Shown here one piece after another: positions 13,261-23,941 of a stretch of 64,000 nucleotides of DNA (positions are counted from its first letter, which is position 1; each line of letters starts with the position of its first letter). The position numbers were made by a program, and so were the translations under genes. Below the pieces are notes generated by a model. The model saw only the letters and a program-made list of their open reading frames with translations. It searched no databases and was not told where the DNA came from. The DNA is from an uncultured Hormoscilla sp. (lineage in GTDB: Bacteria > Cyanobacteriota > Cyanobacteriia > Cyanobacteriales > Desertifilaceae): the NCBI GenBank assembly GCA_963921275.4, contig OZ001293.3, forward strand, positions 1,792,001 to 1,856,000. The letters are read 5' to 3'.

Positions 13261-14124
13261 ATGAAACTGTTAATTAGTAATGATGATGGTATATTGGCAC
13301 TAGGGGTGCGCAGTCTGGCTAATACACTGGTAGCAGCCGGTTATGAGGTGACTGTGGTTTGCCCCGATCGGGAAAGATCGGGGACTGGTCACAGTCTGAC
13401 ACTAGACCAACCCATACGCGCGGAACGAGTAGATGATATTTTTCACCCCGCAATCGTTGCTTGGGCTTGTACGGGCACTCCCTGTGATAGCGTTAAACTA
13501 GGACTAGAAGTATTGATTTCGGAACCGCCGGATTATGTGATCGCAGGAATTAACCAGGGAGCAAATTTAGGCACAGATATATTGTACTCCGGTACGGTAT
13601 CAGCGGCAATGGAGGGCAGTCTTTTGGGGATAGACAGCATCGCCTTGAGTCTGACAAGTTTCTCCTCGGCAGATTTTGCACCCGCAGCCAGTTTTGCCTC
13701 GGGAATGCTAGGTATATTAGAGCAGCAAGGTAAAAAATCAAAAATGCTGCTGAATGTAAATGTGCCAGCAGTTAGGTCTTCAGAAATAGCAGGGGTGGCA
13801 ATTACTCGTCAAGGGATACGTCGCTATGATGAGGTGTTTAAAAAACGAGTGGACCCTAGGGGGAAAACATATTATTGGTTAGCAGGTGAATTATTGTCCG
13901 ATTCGCTTCCAGATAGTATAGAATCAGAGGAACTCCCAACAGATGTACAGGCAATTAGTGCAAATTACATCAGCGTGACTCCTTTGCAGTATAATCTAAC
14001 TAGCTTTGGGGACATCGAGTGCTTGGAATTTATGGCAGCATTGTTTGAGGCAGGCGAGCCAAGGGTGAAAAATCAGGGATGGATCGCTGGTGATCGCCAG
14101 GGGGAGACGAGCAAGGGTGGGTAA
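13261..14124 (+). CDS. surE: 5'/3'-nucleotidase SurE
   Basis: [35 protein letters not shown]. Confidence 0.96.
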   Translation: MKLLISNDDGILALGVRSLANTLVAAGYEVTVVCPDRERSGTGHSLTLDQPIRAERVDDIFHPAIVAWACTGTPCDSVKLGLEVLISEPPDYVIAGINQGANLGTDILYSGTVSAAMEGSLLGIDSIALSLTSFSSADFAPAASFASGMLGILEQQGKKSKMLLNVNVPAVRSSEIAGVAITRQGIRRYDEVFKKRVDPRGKTYYWLAGELLSDSLPDSIESEELPTDVQAISANYISVTPLQYNLTSFGDIECLEFMAALFEAGEPRVKNQGWIAGDRQGETSKGG

Positions 14125-14300
14125 GGGGGTGGCGCGATGCTACGGTTAAGATGTTAAAAAAATATAAAGAGAGGCCCCTGAAGTAGCATTTGGTGGGAGA
14201 ACCATTGCCAAAAGCGAACAGCTCAGGTTAGGCTAGAAAAACAATAGGCAGTTCGCCTCGTTCACTGGGTAGAGTTAGTGAAATCCGGGAAAAAACACCC

Positions 14301-15212
14301 ATGTCTGACACGCCAAACGAATTCACAGTACAGTTTTGGGGCGTTCGAGGAAGTATCGCCTGTCCGGGCTCGGAAACAGTCCGCTATGGCGGAAATACTT
14401 CCTGTGTAGAAATGCGCGTGGGAGGCGATCGCCTAATATTCGATGGCGGTACGGGCCTGCGAGTTTTGGGACAAACCCTGTTGTCGCAAATGCCAGTAGA
14501 AGCCTATCTGTTTTTTACCCACTCCCACTGGGACCATATCCAGGGCTTCCCGTTCTTTGTCCCGGCCTTCATTCCGGGAAACCGCTTCCATATATACGGC
14601 TCAGTGGCTCCCAATGGCTCGACGCTCAAGCAACGGCTGAACGACCAAATGCTCCACCCTAATTTTCCGGTGCCCTTGCAGGTCATGGGCGCGGACCTGA
14701 AATTTTACAATCTCAAGATAGGGAAACCGGTGAAAATTGGAGAGATAAAGGTGGAAAATGCTCTGCTGAACCATCCAGGGGAAGCAGTGGGCTATCGGGT
14801 AAACTGGCGAGGTCATGCAGCTGCCTATATCACTGATACAGAACATTTCCCAGACCGGATGGATGAAAATGTATTGTGGCTGGCTCGGAATGCGGATGTG
14901 ATGATCTATGATGCCACTTACGCGGATGAAGAATACTACTCGCCAACATCGAGCAAGGTGGGCTGGGGACACTCGACTTGGAAAGAAGCTGTGAAGGTGG
15001 CAAAGGCAGCCAAGGTGAAAAAACTGGTCATATTCCACCACGATCCCCTGCATAATGATGATTTTCTAGATCGGGTTGGGGAACAAGTGGCTCAAGAGTT
15101 TCCTGGCAGTATAATGGCCAGAGAAGGGCTATCAATACCTCTGATGACACAGTCTGCACCCAGTCCAGAACCCATAGAAACAGAAAAAATTTCCACAAAA
15201 GAAAGGTTATAG
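14301..15212 (+). CDS. MBL-fold metallo-hydrolase
   Basis: FWGVRGSI, YGGNTSC, THSHWDHIQG, WGHS and FHHDP motifs. Confidence 0.93.
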   Translation: MSDTPNEFTVQFWGVRGSIACPGSETVRYGGNTSCVEMRVGGDRLIFDGGTGLRVLGQTLLSQMPVEAYLFFTHSHWDHIQGFPFFVPAFIPGNRFHIYGSVAPNGSTLKQRLNDQMLHPNFPVPLQVMGADLKFYNLKIGKPVKIGEIKVENALLNHPGEAVGYRVNWRGHAAAYITDTEHFPDRMDENVLWLARNADVMIYDATYADEEYYSPTSSKVGWGHSTWKEAVKVAKAAKVKKLVIFHHDPLHNDDFLDRVGEQVAQEFPGSIMAREGLSIPLMTQSAPSPEPIETEKISTKERL

Positions 15213-15261
15213 TTGCTAGTTAGGTGGTAAGTGCCAGTTTGCGTAAGAATAACGTAAGCGT

Positions 15262-16170
15262 GTGTGGTTGACAAAATCGCTAAAGAATGCTCTTAAGCCA
15301 ACGGCGATCGCCCTGGGAAATTTTGATGGCGTCCATAGAGGGCATCGGCAGGTAATTAACCCTATTTTTCAGGTGGCAGACTCGGTATGGGCAACGGTGG
15401 TCACCTTCAATCCTCATCCTCAAGAGTTCTTTACGGGCCAACCCCGTCTGTTGCTGACTCCCACTCTGGAAAAGGTGCAGCAGCTAGAAGCCCTCGGGGT
15501 GGCACAGGTGGTACTGTTGCCTTTCGATCGCGATCTGGCCCAGTTGAGTGCCTCGGAGTTCGTGGCCAAAATTCTGGTGCAGCAGCTGCAAGCAAAGCTG
15601 GTGACGGTGGGGGCAGATTTTCGCTTTGGCTCTCAGCGTGGAGGAACGGCAGGTGATTTGCTCTCGATCGCCTCTGGTTTTGGCGTCCGGGTGGCGATCG
15701 CGCCTTTACAAACCTGTGTGGAAGGTAGGATCAGTTCCTCACTGATCCGCAAGGCATTAGAGTATGGGGAACTCCAGCAAGCAAACAGACTTTTGGGACG
15801 CCCCTATAGTCTGGTGGGAGTTGTCCAGAAAGGGAAACAGCTAGGCAGAACGATCGGGTTTCCTACGGCTAACCTGCAGTTACCTCCCGAAAAGTTTTTG
15901 CCCAGACAAGGTGTTTACAGGGTACGGGTTGACTGTGAGGCGATCGCCAGTCCGGTCTTAGGCGTGATGAATCTGGGAAAACGCCCCACGGTAGATGGCA
16001 CCCGTCAAACTGTAGAGGTACATCTGTTAGATTGGTCCGGGGATTTGTACGGACAGACTTTGACGGTGAGTCTGGAAGCATATATTCGACCGGAACAAAA
16101 ATTTGCTTCTCTGGAGGATCTCAAGGCTCAGATTCTCGCAGACTGCGAGGCGGCGAGAAAATCTAAGTAA
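15262..16170 (+). CDS. ribF: Bifunctional riboflavin kinase/FAD synthetase
   Basis: ALGNFDGVHRGH, ISSSLIR, GRTIGFPTAN, VEVHLLD. Confidence 0.96.
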   Translation: MWLTKSLKNALKPTAIALGNFDGVHRGHRQVINPIFQVADSVWATVVTFNPHPQEFFTGQPRLLLTPTLEKVQQLEALGVAQVVLLPFDRDLAQLSASEFVAKILVQQLQAKLVTVGADFRFGSQRGGTAGDLLSIASGFGVRVAIAPLQTCVEGRISSSLIRKALEYGELQQANRLLGRPYSLVGVVQKGKQLGRTIGFPTANLQLPPEKFLPRQGVYRVRVDCEAIASPVLGVMNLGKRPTVDGTRQTVEVHLLDWSGDLYGQTLTVSLEAYIRPEQKFASLEDLKAQILADCEAARKSK

Positions 16171-16315
16171 CTGGCATATATTTATAAGGTAAAATCACCC
16201 TCACCCAATCATGAATGTTTTAAGTTACTCCCATCCCAAAATTGAGAATGCAGTCACGATTGTTATAACTGAAGTGATTGGAGATCATCTCTCGATCTGA
16301 TCCAGTTTCCACAAC

Positions 16316-16829
16316 TCATTTTTCGCTGATTCTCGCAGGGGAAGAATAATTAGTCTGCTGGAGATTTACTTCTGGGGGAATTTCCTCGATCCAGTAAGGG
16401 GCGACAAACTGGAACCCGTTAGAGAATATCTGAGGTTTATCGCTGATCCGGAACACGGACTTGAAACCTATACCTTTTTCCCCAATATACCCGATCGCGT
16501 GACTTTTGGTGCTATTGCCCACATCACAGATTGCTCTAACATTGGCTTGAGTAAAACCGCTCTCATTATTTACCACTATAATCTTTTCTGGTGCTATGGT
16601 AATGGTTAGGGTCACTCCCGATCGATAATGATTATCGTCTGCATTTTGGATCAGTTCGAGAATGAAATGGGTTTCCTTAGAGTAAAGGTCTACAGAGAGT
16701 CGTTCCAGGGCGCTATTGAGACTTTTCTTCAAGCTATCAATCACGCTTTTAGCTGCTGCATCAGTTGACAAGCCAATTCCGTAAGTATTCTTTCTGATAT
16801 CTTCGATAATCTCTCGTGGTGAAGCCATT
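16316..16829 (-). pseudogene. Truncated sacsin/NO VEIN-like GHKL ATPase N-terminal fragment
   Basis: LYSKETHFILELIQNADD, NNESGF, IGEKGIGFKSVF; ends after about 170 aa, whereas such proteins are normally far longer. Confidence 0.7.
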
Positions 16830-16841
16830 TTATTTTTCCCC

Positions 16842-16960
16842 GTTTGTAGTAAACACTTTAGTGTTTCCGCGCAAGCAAGCACTTTAGTGCTTACTACGAA
16901 CGAAGTGCTTACTGTTTGTAGTAAACACTTTAGTGTTTCCCTGAAGTGCTTGCTACGAAC
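16842..16960. repeat. Cluster of GTAGT(A/G)A..ACTTTAGT..TTACTACGAAC palindromic REP-like repeats
   Basis: GTTTGTAGTAAACACTTTAGTGTT twice plus GTGCTTACTACGAAC; same family at 21950-22226 and 45210-45436. Confidence 0.65.
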
Positions 16961-16990
16961 GCTGTCTTTGATTCTCTTGACTTTTTATAG

Positions 16991-17270
16991 GTGCGATTCG
17001 TTCTGGCGTAACTGGGCACCACGTCCAGGATAGTCAGGTGGGGTTTTACCCACAACTCAGGCGTTATGAGGATTAGATTTCCGTGCGATTCGTTCCGACG
17101 TAACTGAGTAATCAGGATAGTCGGGTGGGGTCCAAACCCACAACTCAGACGTTATGGGGGTCAAATTCCCCCCCCATGTACAGGGGTGACACCGGTGCTC
17201 TCCTCTCCGCGTGCGCTGAAGCGCGTACGCTCCGGGATGCGCTTCGGTGCTGTGGAGCATCATCGATGCA
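16991..17270 (+). mobile_element. Two nested 5' fragments of group II introns (twintron remnant)
   Basis: GTGCGATTCGTTCTGG at 16991 and GTGCGATTCGTTCCGA at 17083, both followed by similar domain I sequence. The inner one continues GGGGGTCAAATTCCCC...GGGGTGACACCGGT and then stops; no domain V/VI nearby. Confidence 0.8.
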
Positions 17271-17507
17271 CCCGGCTATCAACTATTTGTGACCGCACCC
17301 TTCTGAGGGCCCAAAACGTCACCGGTTACTACTTATCACCTGTGGCGAGCTTGCTGTTCCCAATGAGGAACCAAAAAATGAAGTCTAATTCCTTCCCTAA
17401 CAAAGCAGGAAATGCTACTATAGATAGCTAAAAGCTAGCTTCCCTCAAGGTCGCCAGTGACCAACCTGTTGGACCAACCTCTAAAAAAGTTCATCTCAGG
17501 AGATATT

Positions 17508-18112
17508 ATGGCTGTATTTAACGTCGCACACCAGAACAACTATCCCAAGCCATTACCACTTCCAGTGATAACGGTGAGGCAGATACCATTAACATCACGG
17601 GAGATATTACCCTGGCAGGGTTGCTACCCCTTATTGAAATTCAAGAAGACTTCGAACTCACGATAGATGGGAACAACAACACCATTAATGGCAACAACCA
17701 ATACCGGCTGTTCTTTGTCAGAAGCGGTACAGTCAATTTCGATAACCTGACCTTTAGCAACTGCCGGGCCCAGGGAGGCAATGGCGGCGGCGGGGCGGCA
17801 GGCATGGGCGGTGCCCTGTTTGTCTTTGACGGGACGGTCACGGTGACCGATAGCACTTTCCAGAATAATAGCGCCATTGGTGGCAATGGCGGCGGCCGTG
17901 CAGCGGGTGGTAATGCTAATTTCACTCCTTTTCCTCGTAATAACGGCAGCAACGGCAGCTTCGGCGGCGACGGCGGCTTCGGCGGCAACGGCGGCTTCGG
18001 CGGCGACGGCGGCTTCGGCGGCGGCGGCTTCGGCGGCGACGGCGAAAGCGGAAGCCGCGCTATGTGCAAATATTTTTGTCCGCCTACTTATCCGGCATTG
18101 CTCTCAATTTGA
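17508..18112 (+). pseudogene. Fragment of a glycine-rich secreted/surface protein
   Basis: LTIDGNNNTINGNNQYRLFFVRSGTV...AQGGNGGGGAAGMGGALF plus GGFGG repeats; frameshifted start and truncated end. Confidence 0.6.
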
Positions 18113-18151
18113 GCTAGAATATAAGGTAAGTGAAAGTAATGTTTAATTTCC

Positions 18152-19570
18152 ATGAGCATTCGCCAGTCAACGAATGAAAAAGAACAACAGGATTTATCCT
18201 CTGATGTAAATGCCTCTGATGAAAGAGTTCAGAGGATGGATCCATTTTTAAAAAATAGAGGGAACTGGTGGGCGATCGCAGCAGCAGTAACGGCTTTAAC
18301 AGTTATGACTGCTGCGGTCACAAGCTTGGCTATTCTCTACAGTTTCGGAATGTCTCGCACGGAAGAAAATCTCCCATCAGACAGGCCATCAGACAGGCGA
18401 GACGCCCATTCCACGGCTGGTACAGATCCAGTGGTTGAGGCGGTAGCGGCTTCGGATTACATCGAACCAGAAGGAGAAGTAATTAGTATATCAGCACCGG
18501 CATTTGTGGAAGGGGCGCGAGTCGAGCAATTGTTAGTTAAAAGAGGAGATAAAGTAGAAATTGGAGACCTGGTGGCAATTCTCGATAGCCGCGATCGCCT
18601 GGAAGCGGCCCTGAAACTGGCCCAAGAGCAAGTGAAAGTTGCCGAAGCGAGTTTAGCGAGGGTAAAAGCGGGAGCCAAACAAGGTGCGATCGAGGCACAG
18701 GAGGCGACTATTGAAAGATTAAAAGCCGAACTCCAAGGGCAAAAGGTGGCTCGAGAGGCCACAGTGGCAAGTTTAGAGTCCCGTTTGCAAGGAGAAAAGG
18801 AAGCACAAGCAGCAACGATTGAGCGTTTGAGAGCCCAGTTAAAAAATGCGGCAACGGAATGTCGGCGCTATCAGAACCTCTATGAAGGGGGTGCGGTATC
18901 GGCCTATCTATATGAAAGTACCTGTTTAGAAGAGGAAACTATTAGAGAACAACTTCAAGAGGCGTCCGCAATTTTATTCAGAATTGTCAATACTCTCCCC
19001 AAGGATATTAACGAGGCGAAAGCAAATTTAAGCCGCACGGTGACCACCCTGGAAAAGCAGATCCTGGAAGCAGAAGCAAGGTTAGCGGAAATTGCCGAAG
19101 TGAGAACCGTAGATGTAGCCCTGGCAGAAGCAGAACTGTCTCGGGCGATCGCGGCTGTCTCCCAGGCCCAGGCCAACCTCGATTTAGCTTACGTGAAAAC
19201 CCCCCGATCGGGTCAAATTCTGAAGATTCACAGTTGGCCAGGAGAACTGGTGGGCGATCTGGGAATAGTGGAACTAGGTCAAACGGACCAGATGTATGCG
19301 GTAGCGGAGGTGTATGAAACAGATATAGGTAAAATTCGTTTGGGTAATCAAGCTATTGTCACTAGCGATGGATTTAGCGGTCAAATCAAAGGCACAGTTG
19401 AAGAAATTGCCCTGCAAATCGGCAAAAAAGACGTTCTGGGAACCGATCCAGTGGCTGATGCCGATGCTAGAGTAGTAGAAGTAAAAATTCGCCTGGAAGA
19501 TAGCGAGAAAGTGGCAGGTTTAACTAACTTGCAAATTAACGCCATCATTGATGTATCGAGTACAAAATAA
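18152..19570 (+). CDS. devB: DevB-family ABC exporter membrane fusion protein
   Basis: 472 aa; N-terminal TM, IEPEGEVI, coiled coil, AVAEVYETDI, DARVVEVKIRL. Paralogue identity uncertain. Confidence 0.88.
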   Translation: MSIRQSTNEKEQQDLSSDVNASDERVQRMDPFLKNRGNWWAIAAAVTALTVMTAAVTSLAILYSFGMSRTEENLPSDRPSDRRDAHSTAGTDPVVEAVAASDYIEPEGEVISISAPAFVEGARVEQLLVKRGDKVEIGDLVAILDSRDRLEAALKLAQEQVKVAEASLARVKAGAKQGAIEAQEATIERLKAELQGQKVAREATVASLESRLQGEKEAQAATIERLRAQLKNAATECRRYQNLYEGGAVSAYLYESTCLEEETIREQLQEASAILFRIVNTLPKDINEAKANLSRTVTTLEKQILEAEARLAEIAEVRTVDVALAEAELSRAIAAVSQAQANLDLAYVKTPRSGQILKIHSWPGELVGDLGIVELGQTDQMYAVAEVYETDIGKIRLGNQAIVTSDGFSGQIKGTVEEIALQIGKKDVLGTDPVADADARVVEVKIRLEDSEKVAGLTNLQINAIIDVSSTK

Positions 19571-20742
19571 TGATTCTTAAAATCCTCACAGCTTGGTTAC
19601 AACTGAAACATGACTATAGCCGGACAATAGTAGCCCTATCGGGAATTGTATTTGCTGTAGTGATGATCTTCATGCAAATAGGTTTCCGCGAAGCCTTATT
19701 TGATAGCGCAGTCCATCTGCATAAAAGTTTGGAGGGGGACGTTTTTTTGATCAGTCCCAGATCCACTTCTCTAACGGGGATGGAAAATTTTTCGGAAAGA
19801 CGCTTAGAACAAACTTTAGCTTTTAAGGAAGTTGAATTCGTTACGCCTATATATTTAGGGTTTGGTCAGTGGAAAAATCCGGAAACTAAAAATTCTTGGC
19901 GTCCCATATATGTTATTGGATTTGAAATTAGAGAAGGAGTCTTTAACTTGCCAGGAGTTCGGGAAAATCTAGAGAAACTGAAAATGCCAGATGTAGTATT
20001 ATTTGACGAGGCTTCTCGGTCTGAGTTTGGTCCGGTAGTTGCGGAATTAAAGCAGGGAGTCACGGTGACGACAGAGGTGGGAAACCGAGGACGGGGAAAT
20101 CGCCGAGTTCAGGTAGTCGGATTATTTAAGTTAGGAACATCATTTGGAGCGGATGGTAATTTAATTACCAGCCATTTGAACTTTCTGCGGATTTTCAGTC
20201 AACGGCCAAAAGGATTGATTGAGGTAGGATTAATTAAGTTAAAACCGGGAACCAATATCAATAGTTTAGTTGCCAAGATTAAGCAATTATTACCTGAAGA
20301 TGTGAAAGTGCTATCTAAGAAAGAATTTATTCAATTCGATCAAGCATATTGGCAAAGCAGTACGGAGATCGGGTTTGTCTTCAACTTGAGTGTAGGGATG
20401 GCAATTATTGTAGGTATTGTGGTAGTGTATCAAATACTTTATACCAACGTGACAGACTATCTGCCAGAATACGCAACCCTAAAAGCGATGGGTTACACTC
20501 AAAATTATCTGCTATCCTTAGTTTTCCAAGAGGCGATTATCTTAGCAGTTTTAGGTTACGTCCAGGGATTGATTATGGCTTTGTTTGCATATAAAATGTC
20601 TCGGGATGCGACATCTTTGCCAATAGAAATGAATTATATTCGAGCTATAACTGTCCTGGTCTTGACAGGATTGATGTGTTGCATTGCGGGCGCGATCGCG
20701 GTACGTAAACTCCGAGATGCAGACCCAGCAGATATTTTTTAA
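19570..20742 (+). CDS. devC: DevC-family ABC transporter permease
   Basis: AWLQL, FMQIGF, GTSFGADGNLI, YQILY, EYATLKAMGY, ADPADIF. Confidence 0.92.
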   Translation: MILKILTAWLQLKHDYSRTIVALSGIVFAVVMIFMQIGFREALFDSAVHLHKSLEGDVFLISPRSTSLTGMENFSERRLEQTLAFKEVEFVTPIYLGFGQWKNPETKNSWRPIYVIGFEIREGVFNLPGVRENLEKLKMPDVVLFDEASRSEFGPVVAELKQGVTVTTEVGNRGRGNRRVQVVGLFKLGTSFGADGNLITSHLNFLRIFSQRPKGLIEVGLIKLKPGTNINSLVAKIKQLLPEDVKVLSKKEFIQFDQAYWQSSTEIGFVFNLSVGMAIIVGIVVVYQILYTNVTDYLPEYATLKAMGYTQNYLLSLVFQEAIILAVLGYVQGLIMALFAYKMSRDATSLPIEMNYIRAITVLVLTGLMCCIAGAIAVRKLRDADPADIF

Positions 20743-21143
20743 TGGAGAATGGAAAATTGACTGTAGGTTGGGTTGAGGCACGAAACCCAACGGGAGCAAA
20801 CTAGATCGACTGTTTAGTAATTAACAATTAAAAATAAAAAATTAGCAATTATACGAATTGTAAAATTTCTGTGATATTGTCAAATCGCTCCAACCCTTAT
20901 GGTGTTTGCAATTTCCCGTATCACATCTATCTGATATCGTATCACATCTATCTGAGAAACGCTATATACCATTTTATTAAACATATTACAGACTTGACTC
21001 TGCATGGATGCATAGATAGGATAGGAGGCGGGAGCCTCAGAAGATCGTTCCCAGGTAGAACCTGGGAACGAGAGACGAGAGAGTAGCAGTTTTTTCTCTA
21101 TCACAACTTTAGACGGTTTCCAGGTAATTAACAATTAACAATT

Positions 21144-21893
21144 ATGGAATCGATAGTTGAAATTCGGAACCTCAATCACTATTATGGCAGAAAATTACTC
21201 CGCAAACAGGTTTTATTTAATATAGATTTAACCATCAATCGAGGAGAGATTGTGATTCTCACTGGTCCATCAGGATCGGGAAAAACGACCTTGTTATCCT
21301 TGATCGGAGGTTTGCGTTCAGTGCAAGGAGGAAGTCTGATAGCATTAGGAAAAGAATTAAATGGGGCTTCTGAGCAGCAACTGGTCCGGGTACGTCGGCA
21401 GATTGGCTATATTTTTCAAGGTCATAATTTATTACCATTTATGACAGCCAGACAAAATGTCCAAATGTCAGTGGAATTACATGAAAAGATTTCTGACCGT
21501 CAAGCTCGTGCTAAATCTGATGCTATACTCAAGGCAGTTGGTCTCGGCCAGTACGCGAACTACTATCCTCAGAACCTCTCAGGGGGACAAAAACAGCGGG
21601 TGGCGATCGCCCGTGCCTTGGTAAGTTATCCCCAATTAATATTAGCAGACGAACCCACAGCGGCCTTAGACAGTAAAACAGGTCGAGAGGTAGTGGATCT
21701 GATGCATAATTTAGCCAAAGAAGAGGGGGCGGCGATCTTGATGGTAACCCACGACCATCGGATATTGGATCTGGCCGATCGGATCCTGAAGATGGAGGAT
21801 GGTAGCTTGCTGGGAGAAGAAGAAATAGCCATAGAAAAATCACAACAAATAAATGCCTACCTACAAAACATTGCCAATTATCCGCGAACATAA
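21144..21893 (+). CDS. devA: DevA-family ABC transporter ATP-binding protein
   Basis: GPSGSGKTT, LSGGQKQRVAIARAL, LADEPTAALD. Confidence 0.92.
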   Translation: MESIVEIRNLNHYYGRKLLRKQVLFNIDLTINRGEIVILTGPSGSGKTTLLSLIGGLRSVQGGSLIALGKELNGASEQQLVRVRRQIGYIFQGHNLLPFMTARQNVQMSVELHEKISDRQARAKSDAILKAVGLGQYANYYPQNLSGGQKQRVAIARALVSYPQLILADEPTAALDSKTGREVVDLMHNLAKEEGAAILMVTHDHRILDLADRILKMEDGSLLGEEEIAIEKSQQINAYLQNIANYPRT

Positions 21894-22016
21894 CCCTCCA
21901 CTCTCAACTTTAGAAGAAATTGCCAAAACATTGCGCGATCACACTCCTTCGTAGTGAGGACTAAAGTCCTCCGTCGCCGTTTGTAGTGAGGACTAAAGTC
22001 CTCCGTCGCCAACGCG

Positions 22017-22226
22017 CTGTTGAAGACTAAAGTCTTCACTACGAACCTGTTGAAGACTAAAGTCTTCACTACAAACCTGTTGAAGACTAAAGTCTTCACT
22101 ACAAACCTGTTGAAGACTAAAGTCTTCACTACAAACCTGTTGAAGACTAAAGTCTTCACTACAAACCTGTTGAAGACTAAAGTCTTCACTACAAACCTGT
22201 TGAAGACTAAAGTCTTCACTACAAAC
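22017..22226. repeat. Seven tandem copies of the 30-bp palindromic unit CTGTTGAAGACTAAAGTCTTCACTACAAAC
   Basis: Exact 30-bp period with one substitution; internal hairpin TGAAGACT-AA-AGTCTTCA; two related half-copies at 21950-22006. Confidence 0.95.
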
Positions 22227-22890
22227 CTGGCCCGATCGCGTGCAACTCTGCTTCCAGGCTTTGAGCGCGTCGTTCTGCGGCCTGTAGCAGTTCTTCTGGA
22301 GTCAGAAATCTTTTTCCTTGTTCGTCATACCAGTAAATCCATTCCCGAGTTATTCCTTGATAGGTTCCCATTTCGCTACCAATGCCCAAACCAATTTCTG
22401 GCAACCAAACAGGATTTGTCAACTGTCGCTGATACCTGCCATCCACCAAGCGATAAACTTCCAGAGGTGGTTTGCCGCGACGCATCGTATTATAAATTAC
22501 GTAGTACAGCACTTCCAATTCAGTATAGATGTCCTTCCTAAAGAAATATTCTCCTCCACCTTCACGGCAAATCACCTCTAGGGTCAAAATCGGCGGGATC
22601 TGCTTTTCTTCCCACATGACATAACTCAAGCGGAGTTCTTCTTCCAAAACTCGATCAACTCCCAAACTCAGAAACCCATCTGGGACGATCGCGGTTTCAT
22701 CGGGGTGATAATAAATCCCCAATGCAGCACCAAAAAACCAATCCCACCGTTCTCCCCAGATTATCGCCAGAGTCGCCTCCAGCAAACTGGGCATCAAATG
22801 TTGTAGTTGATTTTGATTATTCGCCGCCTGTTTGTCAGTGTCCCGTAACTCTTCAGCATCAGGTACATTGCGATCGGAATACTCGAACAT
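22219..22890 (-). CDS. Uma2-family (DUF820) endonuclease-like protein
   Basis: IVPDGFLSLGV, SYVMWEE, LTLEVI, YYVIYN; somewhat degenerate, and its stop codon lies inside the 30-bp array. Confidence 0.8.
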   Translation of the reverse strand: MFEYSDRNVPDAEELRDTDKQAANNQNQLQHLMPSLLEATLAIIWGERWDWFFGAALGIYYHPDETAIVPDGFLSLGVDRVLEEELRLSYVMWEEKQIPPILTLEVICREGGGEYFFRKDIYTELEVLYYVIYNTMRRGKPPLEVYRLVDGRYQRQLTNPVWLPEIGLGIGSEMGTYQGITREWIYWYDEQGKRFLTPEELLQAAERRAQSLEAELHAIGPGL

Positions 22891-22997
22891 AGTTTTTCTC
22901 TATCTCATCATTTGTAACCCAGAAACCCGGTTTTTTGTCAAAACCGGGTTTCTTAATTATAGCAGATCGAGACCACCCGATCGCCCGTCACCTCTTT

Positions 22998-23699
22998 TCA
23001 ATTAAGAGAGTCTGGATCTATGCCGAGCGATCGCAACTGTTCCGCCAGATATAAAGCGCGTTGTTCAGCTGCTTGGCGGAGTTGTCGCTCTTGCTGGGTC
23101 AATTCTTCGGGAGTCAGAAATCGTTCTCCTCGCTCATTATACCAGTAAAGCCATTCCCGCGTTATCCCCTGATATGTGCCTTTCTCTGTACCAATTCCCA
23201 AATCTATCTCTGGTAACCAAACCGGATTTCCTTCCTGCAACTGGTACGTTCCCTTCACCAATTTATAAACTTCTAGACGTTGTTTACGGCGGCGAAATGG
23301 ATTGTAAATTACATAATACAATATTCCCATTTCTGCATAGATATCCTTCTTTGATTTATATTCCCCACCCCTGTTCTTTGAAACCACCTCTATGGTCAAA
23401 ATCGGCATCACATTATTTTCTTCCCAGAGGACGTAGCTTAAGCGGAGTCCCTCATCAACCACTCGATCGACTCCCAAGCTGAGAAATCCATCCGGGCTGA
23501 TCGCCGGTTCTTCTGGGTGATGATAAATCCCCATGTCAACCCCGAAAAACCAGTCCCACCGTTCTGCCCAGATCGTCGCCAGTATTGCCTCCAGCATACC
23601 GGGAATTAAATGTTGTAATTGATTGTCCACAGGTTTTTCGTCAGAGTCAGGTAGATCTTCAGCCCCAGGTAAGCAGTCTAACAGATTGTACTTTAACAT
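22998..23699 (-). CDS. Uma2-family (DUF820) endonuclease-like protein
   Basis: LPDSDEKPVDNQLQ, PDGFLSLGV, IEVVS, GIDPDSL C-terminus. Confidence 0.9.
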   Translation of the reverse strand: MLKYNLLDCLPGAEDLPDSDEKPVDNQLQHLIPGMLEAILATIWAERWDWFFGVDMGIYHHPEEPAISPDGFLSLGVDRVVDEGLRLSYVLWEENNVMPILTIEVVSKNRGGEYKSKKDIYAEMGILYYVIYNPFRRRKQRLEVYKLVKGTYQLQEGNPVWLPEIDLGIGTEKGTYQGITREWLYWYNERGERFLTPEELTQQERQLRQAAEQRALYLAEQLRSLGIDPDSLN

Positions 23700-23941
23700 A
23701 AGCAGCTTCACCAGAACGATAATATAATTATACTCTATCTGCCAATTTTAAAACAACAGCATGATAATATATGAAATCAGTCAAGCGATCAGTTAAGTGT
23801 GGGAATAATGGACGCTACCATCGGACTGTAGCGAAAAAAAATTACACCCAAGGGCTTTTGCTGAATGCCGATCGCAGGGCAATATTGCTATACTAAAGAG
23901 ACGATTCTGCTTTAACAATGCCTTGCGGAGCAACTATCCTG

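Noticed and set aside
22017..22226. CRISPR array
   Set aside because: The 30-bp palindromic units are directly adjacent with no spacers, and there are no cas genes in the window.
21878..22541. ORFs with KTLVFNRFVV / TKVFTTNLL repeats
   Set aside because: Translations of the stop-free 30-bp DNA repeat; no sign of real genes.
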